DNA of 64,000 nucleotides from Geosiphon pyriformis uo1. Lineage: Eukaryota > Fungi > Glomeromycota. Positions within the stretch are counted from its first letter, which is position 1, and each line of letters begins with the position of its first letter. The notes beneath the pieces are model-generated. The model was given only the letters and a program-made list of their open reading frames with translations, searched no databases and was not told where the DNA came from. The position numbers and the translations under genes are program-made. Positions 10,768 through 24,791 of the stretch are shown here, one piece after another. The stretch lies in NCBI GenBank assembly GCA_016748015.1, contig JAAOMT010000785.1, positions 1 through 64,000 of the forward strand. The letters run 5' to 3'.

Positions 10768-12357
10768 TTAAAATCTTACTGGATCTCGGAAAATTCTGTC
10801 ACTCTTTGAAAAATAGAATGATGAAATAATATTGGGCACTACAGTCCTAACAGCACGAATAGCTGCTTCTGTTATATCTGTTGCATCCATGATGTTTAAA
10901 TGTTCTAAAGATCTCGGGGCATACTCTGACACTATGCGTAGATGTTCATCAGATATACACTGTGAAGCTGGAAATTCAAAGGTTTGTAATGGGGCTTGAC
11001 AATTCTGATAAAATCTTAGTAAAGATTCGGCAGTAAATTCTAAGTCAAGTTGAATTGTCAAGTGTCGCATTGTGGGTGGCAAAGCAGCTCCAAGGTCAAC
11101 GATGAAATAGTCGGCATCAAATAATTCGTCGTCATCGTTTTCATCTTTAGTATGCATAATCGATAACGATTCTAGTTGATCCCAAGATTTCACTAGTCGG
11201 AGTATTTGTGGTAATTCAGTTATTGCCCCGTGGACTTGAAATTTGGTGATGTTTGGATTATTAATCGCAAATACTTGAACAGCATTCCAATTTTCTTGAT
11301 AACCATCACCACGTATCAGTACTTCTTGCAAGCTATGAGCAGCATTAACAGCAAATGTTCGAAGTGTTGGGACTGGGATAAAGGTTTTATTCAGTTGAAG
11401 TGTTTTAAGGTGTGGAAAAAAAGGGGTCGAGGGTTTCTTGTTGGTGCATTTACCAATATTTTGACATCGATTAAATACAATTGTTTCTAAATTATGGCAA
11501 AGTCCAAGAACATCCAGTAGAGGGTACCCTTGCACATCGATGGTTGAAAATTGAATATGCTTAAGGGTATTATGAGCGGATTTCAACGCTTCAAAAATAT
11601 TGCTTAAATCAATCGCGAATCCGCGAAAATGACAATCCTGAAGATGAAAACGGGCAAGATTTTTTTGAACTGATATTAAAGCGACAAGGGTTTCAGCCCC
11701 AGCTTTAATCATTAATTCCCCACGCTGATATCTGGTCCATCCGAATGTGTCCAATGAAACTTCGATCGACTCAATTTCTGTACAAAATGTCGAAGCAGAC
11801 AACAGAAGAATCGGATCGTAAGCTCCAAAACAATTAAACGTTCGAAGACGAGATAACGAACGACGGGCACCGGGAAAACGAAAAAAATTCCAATCATCTT
11901 CACTCCAGTCATAATCATCTAATGAAGTCTCGAAATCCAGTTGTAAATCAACAAACAAAGCCTCACATGAAAAAAGATGTCTACATAAAGTTTGCAAGAC
12001 AAGTTGGGCAGATATTAAGACGCAAGTTGCGCTACGCCACTCAGAAATTGCTCGTGCAAGATTCAAAAAATTGAAATGTCGTAAATAATTAGCATAAGCA
12101 AAGATTCCTGAAGTTGTGTGTTCTATTCCTAAACGATTCTTGTCTTCGAAAGAGAGGCATGAAAGTAATGCATCGACAAGCGCTACGGAAGAACTATAAC
12201 TCGCCTCGCTGTTCTGTAAAGGTTTTCGCCATAAAAATGTGACAGCTTCATGACACCAATGTCTATTCACTAAGAGACAAGAGTACAGTGCTTGTTGATC
12301 GTCGTTTAAAACTTGAAATATTTCATGAAGACATAAAAGTGGGAGTGTAGAGGCCAT
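10768..12357 (-). CDS. F-box domain plus RNI-like leucine-rich repeat protein, 529 aa, single exon
   Basis: N-terminal LPLLCLHEIFQVL...LYSCLLVNRHWCHEAVTFLWRKP F-box-like motif; repeated LxxLxLxxC units. Confidence 0.9.
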   Translation of the reverse strand: MASTLPLLCLHEIFQVLNDDQQALYSCLLVNRHWCHEAVTFLWRKPLQNSEASYSSSVALVDALLSCLSFEDKNRLGIEHTTSGIFAYANYLRHFNFLNLARAISEWRSATCVLISAQLVLQTLCRHLFSCEALFVDLQLDFETSLDDYDWSEDDWNFFRFPGARRSLSRLRTFNCFGAYDPILLLSASTFCTEIESIEVSLDTFGWTRYQRGELMIKAGAETLVALISVQKNLARFHLQDCHFRGFAIDLSNIFEALKSAHNTLKHIQFSTIDVQGYPLLDVLGLCHNLETIVFNRCQNIGKCTNKKPSTPFFPHLKTLQLNKTFIPVPTLRTFAVNAAHSLQEVLIRGDGYQENWNAVQVFAINNPNITKFQVHGAITELPQILRLVKSWDQLESLSIMHTKDENDDDELFDADYFIVDLGAALPPTMRHLTIQLDLEFTAESLLRFYQNCQAPLQTFEFPASQCISDEHLRIVSEYAPRSLEHLNIMDATDITEAAIRAVRTVVPNIISSFYFSKSDRIFRDPVRF

Positions 12358-13402
12358 AATGGCCTTTTAGGATATCTGTATCTGAGCGGCAGATTGCCTC
12401 AATTTTTGATTATTTTTTTATCAATGTAATAAATTGGTAGGGGGGGGGGGGGGGTTTGGTGAATGATTACACTGATGGATATATACGGCGATTTTGGATC
12501 TACCCTTTTATTAGGGAGAAAATGTATTCGGCACTGAGGGAGTTATGGGAATTGAAGGAGGCAAAAAAAATGGTTGTTTGCCGCACAGCGGTTATCAACG
12601 AAAGTCGATGGTGAGTTTGAATGAAATATTAAAATGAAAAGAAGGTTGTTCTTGTTACTACTAAAGAAGGGGGTTAATGCTAATTCCAGTTATTCTTAAT
12701 ATTTGATGATTAAGTAACGTATAAGGAATATCATTTGCCACCACATCAATTATAAATGTTGCACTGTATTCATCGAAAATTTTCTCATTGGACAGATTAA
12801 AAATTAAATTCTTTCCCTAAATTAGTTAGTCAGAAAAAGAAGGTTCTTTTTTTGCTTTAAAAATTAGCACCTGCCACTTTTAACCGGGAAATATTTTGAT
12901 CATCCAAAAGGCTTCGATTATTGCGATTATCTTTTTGGGGAGCAGAAATCAATATCCTATACCTGATTTCCTTGGCACATGTCCCATTTTAAGATTTTAT
13001 TTAAAAACAAATGGCGATGGAACTTTTGAATTTATCAAGTGACATAGCTCGCAAAAAGTGATAATCTTACGAAAAAGTGGGAAGTGTGTGTTAACCAAAA
13101 CTTACAATTCAAAGGAAACATTTTATATAAATAATTATGACATTAAAATTTTAAATGACTTTGGTGACGCTAAGCAAAATTTGAAGCATCGTACACTTTT
13201 GAATACCAATATAATCTTTATTTAAACTATATTTTTGCATCTATGTTAGATACAAAGCTTTAAAAAAATACTTGCACTAGGTTAAACAATATTAGAAATC
13301 AACTTTCACCTCAAAAAATTTTCTCGCTGCCTCTCGTTTCAAAATTTAGCCATTTTATTACTCCTGCCAGTATTTTCACAAAATAACTTTTATGTTCTTC
13401 AA

Positions 13403-13976
13403 TCAAAGCTTACTCGCGTTTCTGACTCCACTGTTCTCAGCCTCCATTGGATTTTCCATATTTTGATGCTTTACAGGATTTGCATTTCCGTGTTCTTGAG
13501 CCGTTTTTCCTATTTTACTTGCATCATCAGGGATGGGCTTTTCAAGTTTGACTGACTCTTGTTTCTTAATTGGTTCATGCGCTGCGGCCTTTCCGAAATC
13601 AGTTTTATCATTACTGAGGTTGTTAACTTGTTCTTTCATGCCTAAAATGAGTCCCATCAGCAAAATAAATTAGAACCAAATTTCAAATTGAAAAATAAAA
13701 GAGTATGATGTCCAAAATTTACCATCTCTTTCTCCTGATGATTTTTCAGCGTTATCAATGGCTTTTCCTGACAATTTTTCGTTAGTTCCTTGCCAGAGCA
13801 TATTCTCGTCATTTAGAATTTTACCTAAAAATCAAATCCTTTCGATTCTTTTAAACTATCTCAAACTTGATAAGCAATTAAAACTGAATTCGGAGAAACC
13901 TGCCTAGTTGTTCTTTCGCAGCGCCTTTATAATACTTGGCATTAGCTATCAGCTTGTTGGATTTCTCGGAAGGCAT
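13403..13976 (-). CDS. Small hydrophilic CsbD-like (stress/LEA-like) protein; exons 13976-13904, 13824-13723, 13641-13403
   Basis: Spliced reading MPSEKSNKLIANAKYYKGAAKEQLGKILNDENMLWQGTNEKLSGKA... has the KGxxKExxGxxxxDExxxxxG CsbD pattern; the frame is continuous across both introns. Confidence 0.7.
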
Positions 13977-16747
13977 TTTGATGAAAATTGATTCAATTTC
14001 ACTTTGATGGGAATAGATTTAAGGTGGTGAAAAGAATTTTTGGGATTGTAACCTGTGTTTTTCTACTTTATAATTTTGACGACTGGGCTTTCGACACATT
14101 GATATATTAAAGGCTTTAGATGACGTTAAATGATCATATCTTTCATTTGGCGTCATGATTATGTCAACCATGTACTCGATGATCGATTATTCATACCATA
14201 AAACTTCCACTCATTGGAAGAATCCGAATAAATCATTCTTTGAAAATGGATTTATTTAGTATAAAACTTAACCTTAAAGGTCCAAGCAAGCAAGCAAGCA
14301 AGCAAGCAAACTTTGTGTATAGCTTCTGCAAACCATTATTTTAATTTTATCAAAAATTTTTGCTTCATTTGAAAGTTCGAAATTGATAAAAATAATCTTT
14401 ACCTTTTCCAAAGGGTTATATCAGTTGTTTTTAGCCATAAAATGAAAAACTCGATAATTAATATTTGAGAAGCTAAACGACTCGAATAAAATCTGCCTCT
14501 TTCATTCAAACACAACTTATTACATGTAGAAAGCCCCGTTAAATACATGTCAAATATATAAATGTAAAACAGTTGTCATAAATAATTTTCAGATAAAAAG
14601 CTTTTGATATATGAATATAAATTAGTCGGCTTGGGTGAAATAGCTCTACTATGGTAAAAGTGCTTTCAGTGTTAGAGAAACATCTTTTTAATTTAAATTC
14701 ATATTTAAATTCAGTATTAAAGACGTTTGAAGTCAAAGAATTTTTTTGCAGAGTCTGATATAAAAAAGCTTAATTGGAAATGATTAGAGAAAAGGATTGG
14801 GATAGCTCTATCGAAATAGAGGAAATTTGTGACACTGAATATTCAAAGTGGGTTAATAATTTTTTTTCCAATGTAGATAGATTTTAATCAGCTCGTTATA
14901 ATGTTAGTTTATAAGGCAGGGAGTTTTTTGACAAATAAGTGATGGGAAACTTTTTTTCGATTGATTGATTGATTAATTAATTAATTTGTAACAGTGAGTA
15001 CCAAAGTCACTTGAAAAACGATCATTAAAAGAGCCAAAATACTTTTTTAAGTTATGCATGCAGTTTATTTTACTATTTTAATTATTTTTAATTAAATCTC
15101 AATTCGTTTACAAAATCGGTACTTAGTGGTCATGGCTATAACAATAAATCCTAAACCTATGTTTTGTAACTTCAGAAATTATTTTAATTAAGACAAATGT
15201 AAATTTTCAAAAATAAACAAATAATTCTTTTTAATCCTAACTATAAAATTTGTGGGTTGGATTCGTGTAAGTTTGAAAAATTTTTGGGTTGTTAATCAGA
15301 TAAGAAAACGAACCCCATTTAAATTTAAAGAATTTTTGAGATTATGTTATAAATTTAATAATAATATTTGGTTCAACAATTTTTTATAGAAATAATTTAA
15401 CTTGCTCAAAAGATAAATCATTAAAAAATAATAATTTTTTTCTATTCTACTTTCCAACCTTTCAATTAATAAATAACGCTCACTGTTTAATATGAGTGCA
15501 AGCAGATTAAAACATCTAAATATCGTGCCTCAGATCTTTCTTACTTAACAAATTTTTAAGAGAATACTTGTGATTATTATGATCTCCAATACTATTACGT
15601 TCAACTTTGGAAGTTCGTTATCTTTAGAAAAAAAATTCTGGATTGGAGAATTTTTTTTTTTTTCCAACAAATATTGAATAAACCAATTTATTTCTAAATC
15701 GATGAAAATTAAGATTTTTATATTTATTAAATATTTAACAATATTTCGATCATATGTCCTTAATATTAAACTTTTAATTAGGACTAAAAATATGGCTACA
15801 AATCAAAATTTATCCAAAAATTGTTTGGCATGGATAACAAAATTTTTATTTACAAAATTATATTGCCTAAAAAGTTTGAAAAAAAAAATACTTTTGATAA
15901 GGGTTATTATTTAAGTTTTATCTTCTTCTTCTTCTTCTTCTTCTTCTTTTTTCTTATTCTTCTTAATTAATAAGATCCTAAAAAATTAATAAACATTTAA
16001 GATAAATTTTATTTGGCAAGATTTTTCAATATTGTTTTGCTTTTGTTAGTACTGCTAAACCATTTTCAATAAAAAAAGGTACGTGTTTTTTTAGAATTTT
16101 AAATATTTTAGAAAAAAAAAAATTTAACAAAACATAAAAAAATAATCTTCCTTTTATTTTTATTTTTTACTTTGATAAAATTAAAGGTTAAAATAAAGAA
16201 GAATCAAATTCAAATTTTTCTGAACGTAATTTTAAATTTAAAACCATTTTTTTTTTCGGCAACAAAAATTAAGCTTTTCGACGCATTGTATTGTTAACTA
16301 AATTCAAATATTTCATATCAAATATGTTTGATTTCAATGTTGCCTTTCTAATAGTTGAAATTTAATTGAGAAATTTATAGAAATTTAGATAGAGGTCTCA
16401 AATTTCATGAGATTTACATTTTTATAAATCAAAAACATTTTATTTCCAATTTAGTTTCCCCATTTGTTTTTTTCCCACAAAAATTAAAAAGATCTTAAAC
16501 TATTTGAACTCTTTTGAACTTTTTGAATTATTCTAAAATATTTAAACTGTGTGTCTTCATTGTTTCCTTAATACTTTAAAATTTTAATAGAAAAGATAAT
16601 TCAATATTGTAACCTATAAATTACGTCTAAATGAAATCTGTATTCAAATCACCATCGATCCCCAATTGAGTAAAACCCTTTTGAGATGAATCCAAATTTG
16701 GCTTAATATAAAAACTCTTATAAAATTTGAAAAACGATATTAAGGGT

Positions 16748-16817
16748 GAGTTTATAGCTCTATTGGTTATTAAGTGAAATTAATAGTTCGAGATCCCAGT
16801 ACAACCTTTTTTTTTTT
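16748..16817 (+). pseudogene. Decayed tRNA or tRNA-derived relic
   Basis: A-box-like TAGCTCTATTGG, B-box-like AGTTCGAGATCCC, acceptor-like TACAACC, then an oligo-T run; anticodon arm not recoverable. Confidence 0.4.
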
Positions 16818-17423
16818 AAACATTCAACATCGACAGAAATCCAATCTTACTATTTTCAATACTTTATTGATGTGGGAAAAATTCGACAATTGATTTTTTG
16901 ATCAAAATCCACTAAACTCCAATTAGATTATGCATAAAGATTTCGTGTAAGATTTTTAAACAGCATCTTCAAAATATTGCTGATCGTAAAAGGAATTAAA
17001 TGGGCATCCCGATCATGTAAAATTTACCCTTTGTACTTCCCCCATGGGTGCAAAATGTGTTGTAAATCACGTTTTTCAATATAAAGGCAATTGATCAAGC
17101 CATAGATTTCCAAAATTAATCTAGCTAAAAAACCCACAAGAAAAATAGGTTATACAATATGTTTGTACACAAATCCCGGTTCCCAGTCTCTAGTATGTCA
17201 AAACTGTCAATTTTTATATTAATTTTCAGAAAATTAAGAAGCAGAGGTAAATTAAATGGTAGAAAGTTTTAGAGAATGAATGGGAATTTAATATTTTTTT
17301 TAATATCTTGGTCGCAGAGACAATGTTTAATTCATGCAGACTCTAATGCCAAAAAACCTCCAATGAAATTTCTATCAAAAACTGATTACCAAGAGGGAAA
17401 CCAACTTCAAAAAATTTCTTTGT

Positions 17424-17481
17424 TCATCATCATCATCATCATCTTCATCATCATCATCATCTTCTTCTTCTTCATCATCAT
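17424..17481. repeat. Compound (CAT)n/(CTT)n microsatellite
   Basis: Direct reading. Confidence 0.9.
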
Positions 17482-18490
17482 GCAATCACGTTCCTAATTT
17501 TCCCGCTGTGCCAATTGAATTGATGAGTTTGAAATTGAAAAAGATTGAAAGAGAATGATGACTATAAGTACAAGAATACTAGTGTATAATTCCGGAAAAT
17601 AATTTATAGAAAAATTGATTTTATCATTGATTCACTAAATTAAAAAAATATCTTTTTTAAAAAATTAGAAAAATATCTATTTTTTACCGAATTAGTTTGT
17701 GCAGTTTTTATCATCACGATGTCAAATTTTCACTTTTTACTTTTATTGACTCCACAAAAATAACACTCAACTAACTAACCTGATAGGGTATGAAAGGTAT
17801 GTATGTAATGGGGGACATATAAAAAATTACACGCGTTTAAATTTTTTCAAATCAAAAAACCCTTACATAAAGGATTGCAAACATTTTCAATTTCACATTA
17901 TCTTTTACCAAATTATAAAAGCAAACAGTTTGCTCACCTGTTTTTTTTTTTTTTTTTACCCCGCTAGAAACTTTCTATATTGTGTTGTCATCAACTGTAA
18001 AACAAACAACCCAACAAACAAATAGATCCATATATATATATTACGTGGAGATTGGACATCATAATTTGATAAAGCAATTTCAAGCGTCGACAATATCTTG
18101 TGCTATAAAAAAAAAAAAAAAATTTCCTTCAAAAGTTCATTTTTAAAAATAGATTGCAACACACATTTTATAAAGTTAAATAAAAACTAACTCCTACTTT
18201 AAAAATTTTCTATTTCCACCATTTAACTGATCAAAAAACTCGTCGCTAACTTTTTAATCTTGATTTTCATTATTCCTTTATTCCAAAGATCTTTCAGAAG
18301 CATTCTTTGGTTAAAATATAAAATAAGCCCTTCAACTCTTGATTGGACTACCGAGCAAAATAAAATAGTCTAATATTATATCGTTTCTATAATTTCATCT
18401 CATTCGAAACGTATCTTTATTATCACCGCTTCAATTCAGTTTCTCTTGCTGGTGAAAGGAGTAAATATCTGGCTATTGGTTCATGAAAAA

Positions 18491-18907
18491 ATGGGTTGGG
18501 AATTAGTTAAAACCTTGGGTTCATTATTTTCAAACGATCACAATACCACTGAATCAAACAATCAACTCAAAAAGACAACAGCGTCGAAAAAAATTCGTCC
18601 AAAACTTTTAAAAGTCGAAAAAATTAATCTAACTGGGGTATCTTCGTCTCAATCCAATGAAAGATATCAAAGTCAATATACCAATCAAATTCACACAACC
18701 AGCACGTTATCGTTGAATAATCCCGCGTCACCTCATATACATCAAAATGAAATTGACACTGGTGAATTTTTATTTTTACAACTTCCAGAAGAGGTTAAAC
18801 TGATACTGGAAAAGATAAGAGAAATTCAAAGGACAGACATTGACAAAAATATCATAGAAAGCGAGAATCAGGTAAGCGTCGCTAGGATCTATTGCAAAGA
18901 TTTCTAT

Positions 18908-18953
<46 letters not shown>

Positions 18954-21900
18954 GTAATACGATTTGAATATTAACCCATTGTTTGGCATTTAGAGCTCAT
19001 TTGCTACCTTGGAATCGGCTCTAATGTCTATTCTAATTTTGGTACCAACATTGCTCTTGACGAATTCTAATCAACAATCCAATTCAGACAATGATCCACC
19101 CTCATTTGTTTATTCTGACAAAATTGAAGAAAATTATGGGCCCCAAAAAAACATTTCCGTTTATTTTTCCGATTCTGTAAACCATCATCATGAATTCGTT
19201 CATACTTCTTCCCTATCACCTTCAACAATTTCAAATTCTTCAGTGCACAACGTTCCACCCCAACCATCTCCATCTCCATCTCCATCTCCAATCTCATCAA
19301 AATCATCATATTTAGTTAAAATATTAGGAGCGTCGACCCTCCTGATTTCAATAATTCACACAATTCTCACCCATTATAATGAATTAATCCTAATTAATAT
19401 AGTTGACCCTTTAAAACTTGAAGAATATAATTTATTGACAGAGTGCGTCGAAGCGAAAGCTGATGCGATATTGAAAGCTGTTCAAATGATAAAAGATCAA
19501 TCAAGTATAGAAAAATCAAGCTCAAATGGACAGGTATATTTTATGGAAATTTTTTATCTTGATATGAAAATTTTTAACTAAAAAAAAAAATTCAAAATTC
19601 AATAGACCCTATACCAATCATTGGTAACGCATTCGGATGAGCTTGTTGATGCTTTAACTATGTTTATGGATTTTGTGAAACGTAGGTGTTTTAATCAGAT
19701 TTCTTGATTTTTTGCACGAATTAGACTAATAAAATTTTTCGGAATTTCCAACTCAGGCGAGTCGCCATTACACGTCAATTTTTTGGAATCCAATGATGAA
19801 CTTCCAAAGTAAGGAAAAAATTTTGGATATTTTCGTTTCATCAATTCTGATTAAATATATATATATAATTAAAACCATTTACATTTTCGGCGAAAATTCA
19901 GAAAAAAGTTTAATTCATGTGAGTTCACTATGCATTTTGATCTATTCAAATTTATGTCTTGCTCATTTTTAATTATCAAATTTCATTTATCGATTTCAGT
20001 TAGAAAAAAAGTTTTACAAAGAATCAAAATCCTTAAACAAACGAGTTCCCCGCTTGCATCGCCAAAATCTTTTGACTCTAGCACTAACAACAATCTAGAA
20101 AATCAACCTGATTATTTTGACTCATGTCATCATCTTCCATTGAACAACAGGGCTAGTATTGCACATGTGTTTTCCAATACACGACGAAAGGTGAGTCTAA
20201 ATATTATATGGGGGAAAATTTGAACACATTTAAATTTCAAAAAACTTTCCAATTACTTAGAGAACTTCGAGTTTTAATTCGGACACCTCCGATGGGTCCA
20301 ACATTTCAACTTCCTCGTCTCGCACACTTCCTGTTAGTTTTGCTCCCCGGACAAACAAGAATCAACTTGGCGCTAATCTCAAAAAGTCAACACGTCGAAG
20401 ACCTTTTCCACCACTCCGAATCCAAACTTCGTTGAGTATTCCTGTAGACTTGTGTTCAAGTGCACCACCAAAACTGGACGATATACCAGGTTTGACAGCT
20501 AATTTGAAAAAAGAACCTGGGAATTTTGAAAATATGATAATATCAGACCAAGCCAATTCTCATGAAGAGCAAGAACTACCTATTTGGAGAACTTTTACAA
20601 ACTCCCCCCAAAAAATGACACCCACAAATTCAAAGTTTAGAGAACAATTAGATGGTGTCCCGCCCAGAATGCCTGGGCTCCCATGGTTAGGTAGGCTATT
20701 GAAAATTTAAAATTAAAAAGGAATTGGGAATTGGGAAATTTCTCACCACCAATACCTCCTCCTTAATGATTTCAGGTAGTAATCGTCGTCGTTTATCTGA
20801 TTTATCATCAACGGGGATTCCAAATTCACCCAAAGATTTTTATAATCATGGAAACCGAAGCGCCAAATCAACCTTAAGCGCCGTAGAAACTTCACGGCGA
20901 AGCAGCAAGAGCAGTTTTGAGGAATACAAAAACTCAACTCCAAAGGATCAAGAATCCCGTCGCCTTTCAAACTCGAGTATCAAGTCATACTTTCTCAAAC
21001 ATGTTCATTCTACCCATAAAAAAAAAGTTAAAGAAGACAAAAAATCAAAAAGTTTTTGGCCAGTCAATGAATCCAAGCTTGATTCACCCGACAAATCCGA
21101 ATTTCCACACTATGATCGAAGCTCCCCAACGAGTAGTCATAAATCAAATCGAATATTCTCTTTTGTTGGAAAGCGTCCAAAATCGCTTCATAAAATTAGC
21201 AGCGAGTCAGACTTGAGAATAACGAAAAAAAAATGGGCAGATCGTGAAATTTCAGATACAACTTTGTCACCTCATGTAGAAGATGCTCAGGAAGAGCCTT
21301 CTACCAGTCTAAACCCGTCTTATCAATCGTCAGATGTCAACAACAATGTGAGCGAAAATGGAAATTTACGTGAAAATCTCTTTCATAAATTGGTAAAAAA
21401 GAAAAGGTAATATCTGATATACATTTTATGAGAATGGCTACAACAACGATAATGAATTCAATGCGGAATAAATGTCCTAAACTTTTTAAATATTCTAGCT
21501 CTATCACCAGCCTACATGTACAGAAAAAGCTGAGTGCGTCTTCCTTATTGAAGGCACCAAGTTTATTTTCTTCCTCTCAAAATGTAAGTACTTGAACACA
21601 ATACTTTACTTGTCACTTTCTCTATGACTTTGAAGTAATCCAAAATGACAAAATTTTAATATCTTGCGTTTGCCTAAATCCTTTTAAAGCGTTCTTCGGC
21701 AGAATTTTCAGAACTCGATGGCGCTGAACTTTTAAAATATTGTAAAGAGAATAGCAAAGAAGGCTTACAGTTGGATATTATCGACAAAAGGTAAAATTAA
21801 ATTTGTTAATATTTTTTATTTTACGGATTTTATCTTAAAGAATTCTTCTCTTTCAGAGCACAAGTTGTGAGCGGCACAGTTGAAAATCTTATAACTTGGA

Positions 21901-23434
21901 TGGTACAAGAAAATAGCCAAGGTATGCAAAACCATCGGCGATTAATGTTTTGACTTTCCTATGCACGCATGGCTTCCTAATTTTTGATTATAATCGACAT
22001 TAGACCTTGAATTTATTGATTGTTTTATACTTTGTCACGTGTTCTTTATGGATACCAATGACTTTCTGGAAAATTTGATCTTGCGATTTCATCTCGACAT
22101 ATCGGACGAAAAATTGCTAAATGCTCAGAATTATGTTCAAATGAAGTAAGTTGTTAATTTTACCTAAATTTTTAATTTGAAATAGCAATAATGGAATATT
22201 TATTTGTTCTATACATAAAATTTTCCTCAAGCGTGCTGACTATTCTTCATCGTTGGGTGAGCATCCAACCCGACAACTTTCGTGATGAGGTCCTTTGCGA
22301 AAGCCTGGAAAATTTTTTGGTGGATGATGTTAAAAATGCCGGCTTCTTGGCTGAAGCAGACCAAATAGCGGTAATGTTAAAGGATTATTTGGTTCAAGAG
22401 ACCGAGAACTCTTTGCCCACTCTTTCCGAAAATGACGGCGAAAATCACCACCTTTCATCTCCTTCCAATCTGCTCGACAATACTTCATTATTGGATTTTA
22501 ATTCAAAAGATATTGCAAAACATCTTACCATGATGGATTTCAAACTGTTTCAGTCTATTCAACTTTCTCAATATATCTCTGGTTTTCTTCTGAAAAGGCA
22601 AAAGATCGAAAGCGGCGAAGAAATAAACAAATGCGAGGAGAGTCCGATGGATGAATTCACAAGGAGGGCGAATAGGATATCACATTGGGTGGCTACAGAG
22701 ATATGCAGGCTTAAATATGTTAAAGGGCGAAAAAGTTTGGTACAAAAGTTTATTGAGATCGCAAAGGTTTGTGCCTAGGAGATTTCTGTTTTGTTTTTTG
22801 AAAAAAAAAAAAGCTTCTCGAATATATTTTGATTTTGGCTCTAATTATCATGATAAAATAGTATTGTCGGGACTGGAATAATTTTAACACGGCTATGTTC
22901 ATCGTACTTGGTCTTAACTCACTGCCAGTGAGAAGGTTACTTCAAACATGGGAATTGGTTCCTAATAGGGATATCGCCACTATGCACAGTATTGAAGCAT
23001 TACTTGACAACTCCTCAAATATGAACACCTATCGGTCAGCCTTGGGAAAGGCAAAGGCTCCCGTAATACCTTTCTTGCCTCTTTTCTTAAAAGACCTGGT
23101 GTTTCTATTTGAGGGAAATCCAACATGGAAAGACGCAAATAGCTCACAACCTATGGTCAATATGGAAAAGTTTCATCTTTTGACTCGTCACACACAAAAA
23201 ATTAAACATCACGCATCGGAAGAGTATCATTTTGAAACAACGTTTGATGATAAAACTTCTCCAGGCAGCCCTAGCCCATTCAGCGTGGTTTACACGAGTG
23301 TACCTCACCTAATCGGTCAAGAAATTGAACAACGAATTTTAATTGCCGCTGGTGATGCATTTGGTAATGGAGTGCAAATTAGTGACGCTGGAGAAACTCA
23401 ACTGTGTGAACTATCGAAGCAAGCAGAACCATGA
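18491..23434 (+). CDS. Ras guanine nucleotide exchange factor (REM plus CDC25 domain), about 13 exons
   Basis: REM motifs VVSGTVENLI and VLTILHRWV; CDC25 motifs DIAKHLTMMDFKLF, NRISHWVATEI, NNFNTAMFIVLGLNSLPVRRL..TW, PVIPFLPLFLKDL..EGN, VNMEKF; GT-AG introns join the ORF-track pieces in frame where checked. Confidence 0.9.
18909..18952. repeat. (AAT)n microsatellite in RasGEF intron 1
   Basis: About 14 AAT units downstream of the CAG|GTAAGC donor at 18871/18872. Confidence 0.9.
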
Positions 23435-24791
23435 ACTTTATTATGGATAGCGAACATTTTTCACTAGGAAGTCTAGCCTGTGTAATAGTACTCTACATTG
23501 TACCATAGTTTATGTCAGATAGGGCAAATACCTCAGAAACTTTATCATTATTAACAAAATAAAATTCAATATTTTCTTTGAATCTATTTAGAATCCTCTC
23601 CCCCAAAAATAGATTTCTTCGAATTATTATATTAAATCATTACATAAATTTTAAAACATCCCATCAAAGTGTTGTTTAGCATTAAATAAAGATTTGTCAC
23701 TATTTCCAATTGTGGATATTTAAAATATCAAAACAATTTTTTAATATGTTCATTTTATAGATAGTTCGCTCTACGACTTTTTGAGCATAAAAAGAGAGGG
23801 CATCAGTTATACTCAAAGACATGACGTCCAATAACAGTAGCTCATAAAAGAGTTCAGTGGTTCAAATTCAGGATTCCAATAAAAATATGTTATAAGTTGA
23901 AACAATGAATAATCCATGTTTTCAAAGATAGAATTTTAATGAGGGCTGCTGAAATTTTTTATAGATACTAAAGGTTTCAGAATTTAAGACGATACAAGTA
24001 ATGTGCCTTTTTATTATTATTTTTTGGTGAGATTCTAAAAACTGAGCCTGAATCAATTAGGCTTGAAACAAATCTCACGTTATATGAATCACTTGCACCT
24101 TTTGAAATACAATTTTTTAAAATATTTATAGACTACAAGGTTTTTTTTAATTTAGCAAACAATTATCGTGTATGAATAAACATCCTAATTCGAAAATAAT
24201 GAATTGTTTGTCAAATGGATCTCTCATGTGTCTTCATAACCTAAAACTGTTGTCAACTTTGTGCCGTTAAAAAACTGGCCTTTTTCGACCTTTTGGTTTC
24301 TTTTAAAAATCTCTCATGATCATATTTAGCTTGGTCATTTGCATGAAATGGCTGGTTATTGAATATATATGGTAATCACTTGAGAATAAATTTTCTAAAT
24401 AATTATAAAAACAGAAGGTAAACTAGTTAAAAAAAATCTTGGAACATAATTTAGAATGTATCCGTACGAGCTAAAAAAAAAAAAAAAAAAAGATTGTATA
24501 CATCATATTGTATGTATATTGATTAATTATGACACATTTGATTGTGAGAAATATTGGTGGCCCAGTCACAGCCAGTTAGGCAATATTACCTCACAAGATC
24601 GTCATCGGCTGATCACAATTGTGACCACAAAAAATCAAGATAATAATTATTAAAAAATAAATTGTTTTTTATTGTTAACGTAAATCATAAAATTTGGAGG
24701 GGAGCGATCAAGAAAAATATAAAGTAATGACCTTTTAGAAAATGTCACTTACCAAATCTCTTAACATTTCTCTATTTCAATCTTAAAAAAC

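Noticed and set aside
11230-11918. Short ORFs overlapping real genes (also within the RasGEF, AMT, lipase and PB1 genes)
   Set aside because: Alternative-frame or antisense shadows with no independent evidence
17276-17497. 73-aa ORF with a poly-Ile/Phe tail resembling a transmembrane segment
   Set aside because: The hydrophobic run is a translated CAT/CTT microsatellite
18872-18967. Poly-Asn tract in ORF 18446-18967
   Set aside because: Read-through into an intronic (AAT)n microsatellite
23820-23880. TAGCTCA and GGTTCAAATTC boxes suggesting a tRNA
   Set aside because: Spacing too short and no stems
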